Assembly: GCF_017876815.1 (NCBI RefSeq)
Contig: NZ_JAGIOS010000001.1
Location: forward strand, 3,810,001 to 3,842,000
Length of the DNA: 32,000 bases
Direction: 5' to 3'
Origin: Sinorhizobium meliloti
GTDB taxonomy: Bacteria > Pseudomonadota > Alphaproteobacteria > Rhizobiales > Rhizobiaceae
The translations under genes were made by a program, and so were the position numbers. This document shows positions 25,504-32,000 of this stretch, one piece after another. The notes beneath the pieces are model-generated. The model worked only from the letters and a program-made list of their open reading frames with translations, was not told where the DNA came from and searched no databases. Numbering within the stretch: position 1 is the first letter of the stretch; each line of letters starts with the position of its first letter.

Positions 25504-25505
25504 TA

Positions 25506-25973
25506 ATGGCTGACCTTTCCGCTCTCAAGGAAATCGCCACGACCGCGGAACCGGCTGCTCCGGTTCACGTCAAGAAAGTCGACGCCCAGGGCCGCTCCTA
25601 CGCGACCGGCAAGCGCAAGGACGCCGTCGCCCGCGTTTGGATCAAGGCCGGTTCCGGCAAGATCACCATCAACGGCAAGCCTTTCTCGGACTATTTCGCC
25701 CGTCCGGTTCTGCAGATGATCCTGCAGCAGCCGGTCGTCGCGGCTGCCCGTGACGGCCAGTTCGACATCGATGCGACCGTTGCCGGCGGCGGCCTTTCCG
25801 GCCAGGCCGGTGCCGTTCGTCACGGCATTTCCAAGGCCCTCACCTACTTCGAACCGGGCCTGCGCCCCGTTCTGAAGCGTGGCGGCTTCCTCACCCGCGA
25901 CAGCCGCGTGGTCGAGCGCAAGAAGTACGGCCGTGCCAAGGCACGTCGTTCGTTCCAGTTCTCCAAGCGCTAA
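25506..25973 (+). CDS. rpsI: 30S ribosomal protein S9
   Basis: [18 protein letters not shown]...[19 protein letters not shown]...[26 protein letters not shown]. It starts 2 nt after the rplM stop. Confidence 0.97.
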   Translation: MADLSALKEIATTAEPAAPVHVKKVDAQGRSYATGKRKDAVARVWIKAGSGKITINGKPFSDYFARPVLQMILQQPVVAAARDGQFDIDATVAGGGLSGQAGAVRHGISKALTYFEPGLRPVLKRGGFLTRDSRVVERKKYGRAKARRSFQFSKR

Positions 25974-25995
25974 TCGCTGGCAGACTGCACTTTCG

Positions 25996-26022
25996 AAGGC
26001 CGGGTTCGTCCCGGCCTTTTTT
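25996..26022 (+). terminator. Rho-independent terminator of rplM-rpsI
   Basis: aaggccggg-ttcgt-cccggcctt followed by tttt, 23 nt after the rpsI stop. Confidence 0.85.
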
Positions 26023-26127
26023 CATGCGCCGTGGGCCAAGGGTTCCCTTGCACATGATTTTGACGCCGGGCTCTTGCCTTGCCCCGAACGATTGGCCAAC
26101 GTCCCGTCCATCCGACGGGAGAACAGC

Positions 26128-27084
26128 ATGGCCAACAAGTCGATCGACCACGCGATCACTGCAAAATCACTGACGACGGCGGCCTCCGATCCGACGCATG
26201 CCGGCATCCTTTCCTTCATGCGGCGGAAATACACCAAGGAGCTCAAGGGTGTGGAGGCGGTCGTCTGGGGAATTCCGTTCGATGCAGCCACGTCGAATCG
26301 CCCCGGCGCACGCTTCGGGCCTCAGGCGATCCGCCGTGCATCGGCGATCTTCGACAACGATCCGCAATATCCGTTCCAGCGTGACCTGTTTGCCGACATG
26401 GCGACGATCGATTACGGCGATTGCCTGCTCGACTACGGCAACCATGCGAGGACTCCCCAGACCATCGAGCGCGAGGCGTCGAAAATCCTGAAGTCGGGCG
26501 CCTACCTGCTGACGCTCGGCGGCGACCACTTCGTCACCTATCCCATCCTGAGGGCCCATGCAGCCCTGCACGGGCCCCTCGCCCTCGTCCAGTTCGATGC
26601 CCATCAGGACACCTGGCCGGACGAGAAAGGCCGCATCGATCATGGCGCCTTCGTCGGCCGCGCGGCACGCGAGGGGCTGATCGACGTGGAACGCTCGATC
26701 CAGATCGGCATCCGGACGCATGCACCGGAGGATTGCGGCATTCGGATCGTCTACGGCTACGAGCTCGAGGAGATGCGCGCCGAGGAGATCGCCGATACCA
26801 TCATCCGCCATGTCGACAATCGTCCCGCCTATCTGACCTTCGATATCGATTGCCTCGACCCGGCCTTTGCGCCCGGCACGGGCACGCCCGTGGCCGGCGG
26901 CCCCTCGAGCGCAAAGATACTATCGGTCCTGCGCAAACTCGGAGCGCTTCATATCGCCGGAAGCGACGTGGTCGAGGTGGCGCCCGCCTACGACCACGCG
27001 GACCTCACCGCCATTGCTGGCTCGACCATCGCCATGTATATGCTGGGCCTGCGTGCCGAGTGGCTGGCGGAGAGGCGCGGCTGA
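26128..27084 (+). CDS. Agmatinase-family ureohydrolase (agmatinase / guanidino-acid hydrolase), 318 aa
   Basis: Arginase-fold Mn-binding motifs LGGDHFVTYP, FDAHQDTW, TFDIDCLDPAFAPGTGTP and DVVEVAP. ATG at 26128 follows GGGAGA. Substrate specificity cannot be read from the sequence. Confidence 0.9.
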   Translation: MANKSIDHAITAKSLTTAASDPTHAGILSFMRRKYTKELKGVEAVVWGIPFDAATSNRPGARFGPQAIRRASAIFDNDPQYPFQRDLFADMATIDYGDCLLDYGNHARTPQTIEREASKILKSGAYLLTLGGDHFVTYPILRAHAALHGPLALVQFDAHQDTWPDEKGRIDHGAFVGRAAREGLIDVERSIQIGIRTHAPEDCGIRIVYGYELEEMRAEEIADTIIRHVDNRPAYLTFDIDCLDPAFAPGTGTPVAGGPSSAKILSVLRKLGALHIAGSDVVEVAPAYDHADLTAIAGSTIAMYMLGLRAEWLAERRG

Positions 27085-27177
27085 TCGAAGCGGCTGCGTG
27101 CGCTCAAGAAATTGATTCAATTCTATGCCAGACTGATTCCGGAAACGCCGCTAACGGACTGCAGGAGCAGGGAAATC

Positions 27178-28110
27178 ATGAAACCGAAGATCTTTATCGA
27201 TGGCGAACACGGCACGACGGGCCTGCAGATCCGTGTGCGCATGGCCGGGCGTACGGATCTCGAACTCCTGTCCATTCCGGAAGCGGAGCGACGCAATGCG
27301 GCGATGCGTGAGGATCTACTGAACAGCGCCGATATCGCCATCCTCTGCCTGCCGGACGACGCCTCGCGGGAGGCCGTAGCCATGGTTGCCGGAAACAATC
27401 GCGTGCGCATCATCGACACTTCGACCGCGCATCGCGTCGCTCCCGACTGGGCCTATGGCTTTGCCGAGATGGACAAGGCGCAGCCCCAGCGGATCCGCGA
27501 CGCGCGCCATGTCGCCAATCCCGGCTGCTACCCGACCGGAGCGATCGCCCTGATCCGCCCTCTGCGCCAGGCTGGTATCCTGCCGGACGGCTATCCCGTC
27601 ACCGTCAATGCGGTTTCGGGCTATACCGGCGGCGGCAAACAGATGATCGCGCAGATGGAGGACGATCAGAATCCGGACCACATCGGCGCGCCGCATTTCC
27701 TTTATGGGCTTACCCTGAAGCACAAGCACGTGCCGGAAATGAAGATGCACGGGCTCCTCGAGCGCGCACCGGTCTTCAGCCCTTCCGTCGGCAAGTTCGC
27801 GCAGGGGATGATCGTGCAGGTGCCACTCTATCTCGAGGACCTGGCTGCCGGTGCAACGCTCGAAACGATCCATCGTGCCCTCGTCGACCATTATGCGGGA
27901 CAGTCGATTGTCGAAGTCGTGCCGCTTGACGAGAGCGCCAAGCTCGCCCGGATCGATGCGACGGAGCTCGCCGGCAGCGACGCCATGAAGCTTTTCGTCT
28001 TCGGCACCAAGGGCGGAGCGCATGTCAATCTGGTCGCGCTGCTCGACAATCTCGGCAAGGGCGCCTCGGGCGCCGCCGTCCAGAACATGGACCTGATGCT
28101 GTCCGCCTGA
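27178..28110 (+). CDS. argC: N-acetyl-gamma-glutamyl-phosphate reductase, short (type 2) form, 310 aa
   Basis: [15 protein letters not shown], and catalytic Cys context [20 protein letters not shown]-terminus [21 protein letters not shown] at 27178 follows AGGAGCAGGGA. Confidence 0.93.
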   Translation: MKPKIFIDGEHGTTGLQIRVRMAGRTDLELLSIPEAERRNAAMREDLLNSADIAILCLPDDASREAVAMVAGNNRVRIIDTSTAHRVAPDWAYGFAEMDKAQPQRIRDARHVANPGCYPTGAIALIRPLRQAGILPDGYPVTVNAVSGYTGGGKQMIAQMEDDQNPDHIGAPHFLYGLTLKHKHVPEMKMHGLLERAPVFSPSVGKFAQGMIVQVPLYLEDLAAGATLETIHRALVDHYAGQSIVEVVPLDESAKLARIDATELAGSDAMKLFVFGTKGGAHVNLVALLDNLGKGASGAAVQNMDLMLSA

Positions 28111-28125
28111 CACAGCAAATCGAGA

Positions 28126-28160
28126 CGAAAACCCCGGCAGCGTTCCTGCCGGGGTTTTCG
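28126..28160. terminator. Bidirectional terminator between argC (+) and ctaA (-)
   Basis: 15-bp perfect stem cgaaaaccccggcag / ctgccggggttttcg with loop cgttc. U-rich stem ends on both strands. Confidence 0.85.
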
Positions 28161-28180
28161 TTCGTTCGAATGCAGGCAAA

Positions 28181-29284
28181 TCAGTCGCGCATTTCTATCG
28201 CCGTGTCTCTCGGATAGGTGCCGACGAAACCGCGCCAATGGGCGATCGCGAAGCCGAGCACGACGAGCGCACCGCCCTGATGCAGCACGCCCCAGCCGAT
28301 CGGTACCTGCAGAAGCAGCGTCGTGATGCCGATTGCCGCCTGCACCGTCACCAGCGCGAACAGGAGCACCGAGCGGCGGGCATGTGTCGTCTCCGGCGCG
28401 GCGCGGAGCGACGCGATCATGTGCCAAAGCGCCAATGCGAACAGCAGATAGGCGCCGAGACGGTGTACGAACTGCACCGTCTTCGGATTTTCGAAGAGAT
28501 TGATCCAGGCGGGCTGCTGCACGAACAGGCCGCCCGGCACGATCGCCCCGTCCATCAGCGGCCAGGTGTTGTAGCTCAGACCCGCATCGAGACCCGCGAC
28601 GATCGCGCCCAGATAGATCTGGAAGAGGCTCATGATCGCTATGGCCCCGGCCATCCCTTGCGACCTTTTCGTCGGATGCGCGTCGTCGGAATGCGGACAC
28701 AGCCCCCGGTAAATCCACATGCAGGCGGCGAAGATCAGGCAGGCGATGGTCAGATGCGTGGCGAGCCGGTACTGGCTGACTGCAGTCCGTTCCGCCAGAC
28801 CGGAGGATACCATCCACCAGCCGATGAAGCCCTGAAAACCGCCGAGCGCCAGGATTCCGAGAAGCGGCAGCCGCAGACGTCGCTCGATCCGCCCTGTGAC
28901 CCAGAAGAAGAAGAGCGGCAGGGCGAAGATCACGCCGATGCCGCGCGCGAGCAGCCGGTGCGCCCATTCCCACCAGAAGATGGTCTTGAACTCATCGACC
29001 GTCATGCCCTTGTTGATCTGCTCATATTGCGGAATGCGCTGGTAGAGACGGAATTCCTCCTCCCATTCCTCCGCGGAGAGCGGCGGTATGACGCCGTGGA
29101 CGGGTTTCCACTCGGTGATCGACAAGCCGGATTCGGTCAGTCGCGTCGCCCCTCCGACGAGCACCAGCGCAAACAGAGCGAAGAGAACGGCGGCAAGCCA
29201 GCCGCGGATCTGCCGGCGGTTGCGCTCGGTTCTGCCGATCTCTTTGAGCAGCATCTGTTCTGTTGCCAATTCGGCGTGGGCCAT
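28181..29284 (-). CDS. ctaA: Heme A synthase (COX15/CtaA family), 367 aa
   Basis: Multi-pass membrane protein with family blocks [32 protein letters not shown] and FVHRLGAYL. Confidence 0.92.
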   Translation of the reverse strand: MAHAELATEQMLLKEIGRTERNRRQIRGWLAAVLFALFALVLVGGATRLTESGLSITEWKPVHGVIPPLSAEEWEEEFRLYQRIPQYEQINKGMTVDEFKTIFWWEWAHRLLARGIGVIFALPLFFFWVTGRIERRLRLPLLGILALGGFQGFIGWWMVSSGLAERTAVSQYRLATHLTIACLIFAACMWIYRGLCPHSDDAHPTKRSQGMAGAIAIMSLFQIYLGAIVAGLDAGLSYNTWPLMDGAIVPGGLFVQQPAWINLFENPKTVQFVHRLGAYLLFALALWHMIASLRAAPETTHARRSVLLFALVTVQAAIGITTLLLQVPIGWGVLHQGGALVVLGFAIAHWRGFVGTYPRDTAIEMRD

Positions 29285-29459
29285 GGCACTTCCTCATCTG
29301 TCGCCGGAAACGGTACCGTTATGCCGGCGTTGCCGGTCAGGACGGTCTGAAAGCCGTTGATTTGCACCAGAGTGCCGTGCAAAACAAGGCCGAACCCTTT
29401 GCGGCATGCCGTCGCGGGCCGCCCGAGTGCCAGCGTTGCCGCCACCGAAAGAACGAAAA

Positions 29460-29672
29460 ATGCCCGTACGCCTCCGAAAACTGATGGGCACCGTCCTGCT
29501 CATCATCCTCGTCGTCGTCTACGCACTTGCGGCCGTTACCTTCGCTTCCCTGCTGCTCGGCGCGTCTCCCTGGTGGGTGCATCTGCTTTATTTCTTCTTC
29601 ACCGGCCTGCTGTGGGTTCTTCCCGCCATGCTGATCATCAAGTGGATGGAAAAACCCGCCGCCGATCACTGA
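29460..29672 (+). CDS. Small membrane protein, DUF2842-like (70 aa)
   Basis: MPVRLRKLMGTVLLIILVVVYALAAVTFASLLLGASPWWVHLLYFFFTGLLWVLPAMLIIKWMEKP has two TM segments. It is divergent from ctaA, a position I recall as typical for this family in alphaproteobacteria. Confidence 0.75.
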   Translation: MPVRLRKLMGTVLLIILVVVYALAAVTFASLLLGASPWWVHLLYFFFTGLLWVLPAMLIIKWMEKPAADH

Positions 29673-29683
29673 GGTTTCCAGGT

Positions 29684-30424
29684 ATGAGAATCGCGGTAAT
29701 CTCCGATATCCACGGCAACGATCTCGCGCTCGAGGCCGTGCTTGCCGACATCGATGCACAGGGCATCGACGAGATCGTCAATCTTGGCGATCATCTGAGC
29801 GGCCCGCTGAATGCCGCCCGGACGGCGGAGATCCTGATCGGCCGCCGTACCGCTGCGATACGCGGCAATCACGACCGCTATCTTCTCACGCTCGGCCCTG
29901 CCCGCATGGGATTGTCCGACCGCTCCGCCCATGACGAACTCGATGAGCACCACCTCCACTGGCTGGCCGCTCTGCCGGCGACCCTTGTCTATCGGGACGC
30001 TCTCTTTCTCTGCCATGGCACGCCGGCAAGCGACGAGACCTACTGGATGGAGGCGCTGACGGGCGATGGCATCGTTCACATGGCGCGGCGCGCGGAGATC
30101 GAGCGCTTTGCCGACGGTATCGAGCATCCAGTGATCCTCTGCGGCCACACGCATGTTCAACGCGCCCTGCGGCTTTCGGGCGGGCGGCTGCTGGTCAACC
30201 CGGGCAGTGTCGGCTGCCCTGCCTATGACGACGACCGGCCGGTCGCGCACAAGGTCGAAACCGGTTCGCCGGATGCCCGCTACGCCATTGTCGAGCGGGC
30301 CTCCGGCGACTGGAACGTCACCTTCCGCTGTGTCGGCTACGATCACATGGCGGCGTCGCTCCTCGCGGCCGAACGCGGCCGCGCCGAATGGGCAAGGGCG
30401 CTCGCGACCGGATTCCTCGACTGA
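29684..30424 (+). CDS. Metallophosphoesterase (calcineurin-like, YfcE/MPP superfamily), 246 aa
   Basis: MRIAVISDIHGN, NLGDHLSGP, IRGNHD, LCHGTP and CGHTH motifs in order. It starts 11 nt after the DUF2842 stop. Confidence 0.9.
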   Translation: MRIAVISDIHGNDLALEAVLADIDAQGIDEIVNLGDHLSGPLNAARTAEILIGRRTAAIRGNHDRYLLTLGPARMGLSDRSAHDELDEHHLHWLAALPATLVYRDALFLCHGTPASDETYWMEALTGDGIVHMARRAEIERFADGIEHPVILCGHTHVQRALRLSGGRLLVNPGSVGCPAYDDDRPVAHKVETGSPDARYAIVERASGDWNVTFRCVGYDHMAASLLAAERGRAEWARALATGFLD

Positions 30425-30427
30425 CTT

Positions 30428-31078
30428 CTACCGGGCGCCTTCCAGTGCATCGAGATCGGCGCCGGTTATCGCCGCGATGTTGCGCGTCACCTTGTCGATC
30501 GGCCAACGCCACCAGGCAATCGCCTGCAATCGCTCGATCGTTGCATCGGGGAAGCGCAATCTCACCACCCGTGCGGGATTGCCCGCGACGACGGCATAGG
30601 GAGGCACATCCTTCGTAACGACCGCTTTTGCCGCAACGATCGCGCCATCGCCGATCGTCACGCCCGGCAAAATGGTCGCCTCCATGCCGATCCAGACATC
30701 GTTTCCGACGGTCGTGTCGCCACGATAACCGGTCCTGTAGGCGTCAGGGTCGAAGCCATCGCGCCAGGCACCGGGGAAGATGCCGAACGGAAAGGTCGAG
30801 AAGCCTCCGGTCGCGTGGTTGGCCCCGTTCATAATGAACTGTATGCCGGTCGCCAGCGCACAGAAGCGGCCGATCACCAGCCGATCGCCCACGAAGTCAT
30901 AGTGATAGAGAACGCACTTCTCTTCGAAGCGCTCGGGACCGTCCGGATCGTCGTAATAGCTGAACTCGCCGGCCTCGATCAGTGGCGAGCGCACGATGTT
31001 CCTGAGAAATCCGATGCGCGGGAACTCGGCGACGGGAAAGGCGGCGCCAGGATCAGGCGCGGAATGGATGGTTGGCAT
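30428..31078 (-). CDS. Vat-like xenobiotic / streptogramin-A-type hexapeptide-repeat O-acetyltransferase (216 aa)
   Basis: [12 protein letters not shown]...[43 protein letters not shown]...[57 protein letters not shown]...WWRWPID closely parallels the Vat/CatB-related family layout. ATG at 31078 follows GGAG. Confidence 0.88.
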   Translation of the reverse strand: MPTIHSAPDPGAAFPVAEFPRIGFLRNIVRSPLIEAGEFSYYDDPDGPERFEEKCVLYHYDFVGDRLVIGRFCALATGIQFIMNGANHATGGFSTFPFGIFPGAWRDGFDPDAYRTGYRGDTTVGNDVWIGMEATILPGVTIGDGAIVAAKAVVTKDVPPYAVVAGNPARVVRLRFPDATIERLQAIAWWRWPIDKVTRNIAAITGADLDALEGAR

Positions 31079-31359
31079 TATTCGCTCCAGGGAAATGGTC
31101 GTCAAAGCAGACATACAGGCCGGCTCTGCGGTCCGGCTGCACAAAACCGCTTGAACCCGGACCTTTCTCGGTGGCGCATCTGCCCCTCCATCGAACGGCA
31201 GAGAACTTAACGCGCCTGCGCCGGCAATTCCAGCCGCCGCCTGGTCCAGCTTCATATTCCCCTAACCCTGTTGTCTGCCGGGCACGCGAGTGCCTGCCGG
31301 ATTAATCAGATCTATCGGAATTTCCGCTTCAATGGCTGCATCACGCATGCGGATCGACA

Positions 31360-32000
31360 ATGATGGCAAGTTCCGATTTCACCCTTTCGCCGGAAACCAG
31401 CGCCGGGCGGTATCATTCGGCCGGGAGCCTCGCCCATGGAGGCAGCGCTGCCGATCGGATCACCATCTCCGTCCACGCGGACATGGCCGAGCTCGAAGCG
31501 GAATGGCGAGCGCTTGACGAAAGCAGCGGCAATTCGCTGCACCAGAGCTTCGACTGGTGCGCGGCATGGACAAAGACGCATGGCAGCGAACTGCTCATCG
31601 TCCGTGGCGCCGCTGGCAGGGAGCCGCTTTTTCTCCTTCCTTTCGAGATCGAACGCAGCCGGCTTCTCCGCGCGGCGCGCCTGATCGGCTCGGAGCACAG
31701 CAATCTCAACACCGGCCTGTTCGGCGCCGGCATCGGCAACGTGCCCGCTGCGGAGCTCACGGCAGCGCTGACCGGCGGTATCGGTCGCCAGCTCCGCCGT
31801 TTCGCGGACGTGATCGTATTCGACCGGACGCCGCGGATCTGGCGCGGCGCGCCGCACCCCCTCGCCGTTCTGGCCGGCATCGAGAACCCGAACGCCTCGT
31901 TCCAATTGCCGCTTCTCGGCACCATGGAGCGCACGCTCGCCCAGATCAATGCCAAGCGGCGGCGCAAAAAGATGCGCATATCCGAAAGGCGCCTCGCCGA
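31360..32000 (+). CDS. CelD/BioF2-like GNAT-family acetyltransferase, 3'-truncated by the window end
   Basis: Absent from the ORF track because no stop falls in the window. This frame is open from the TAA at 31303-31305 to position 32000, and the first ATG is at 31360. The translation MMASSDFTLSPETSAGRYH...MAELEAEWRALDESSGNSLHQSFDWCAAWTKTHGSELLIVRG...LFLLPFEIER... has high-GC third positions and the family's N-terminal pattern. The minus-strand ORFs here are mirror artefacts. Confidence 0.7.
   Translation, partial: MMASSDFTLSPETSAGRYHSAGSLAHGGSAADRITISVHADMAELEAEWRALDESSGNSLHQSFDWCAAWTKTHGSELLIVRGAAGREPLFLLPFEIERSRLLRAARLIGSEHSNLNTGLFGAGIGNVPAAELTAALTGGIGRQLRRFADVIVFDRTPRIWRGAPHPLAVLAGIENPNASFQLPLLGTMERTLAQINAKRRRKKMRISERRLA

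Overview
High-GC alphaproteobacterial chromosomal core segment. Ensifer/Sinorhizobium-like Rhizobiaceae is an inference from gene order and from the palindromic intergenic mosaic repeats.

I support 27 intact coding regions, one frameshifted pseudogene and one tRNA.

**Minus-strand block, left to right**
- tRNA-Val(TAC, plus strand), then about 1 kb of nested palindromic repeats.
- A cupin gene.
- A translationally coupled Mre11/SbcD-like phosphoesterase and a 1153-aa SMC/Rad50-like ATPase, divergent from a MarR regulator.
- A secreted phytase-like/beta-propeller phosphoesterase candidate, preceded by a Pho-box-like site.
- hupB, lon, clpX and clpP.
- A two-HKD phospholipase-D-family gene and an EEP-family phosphoesterase gene.

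**Remainder of the window**
- An orphan cytochrome P450 and a second tandem repeat array.
- A CoA-binding / metY / cupin operon.
- A DMT/EamA transporter.
- A frameshifted enoyl-CoA hydratase and a PaaI-type thioesterase.
- rplM-rpsI, an agmatinase-family ureohydrolase, argC and ctaA.
- DUF2842 plus a metallophosphoesterase.
- A Vat-like hexapeptide acetyltransferase.
- A 3'-truncated CelD-like GNAT gene that the ORF track does not list.

I see no CRISPR array, transposase, integrase, or any recognisable defence or mobile island. Most of the window is housekeeping.

**Items most worth a second look**
- The uncharacterised nuclease/SMC-like ATPase pair.
- The EEP + PLD pair.
- A Pho-box-like site upstream of the secreted phosphoesterase-like gene.
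- A conserved-loop hairpin present twice, with compensatory stem changes.
- Two families of tandem mosaic repeats.
- A promoter followed by a terminator-like hairpin in the rplM leader.

All product calls rest on motifs read by eye from the translations. No database search was run.
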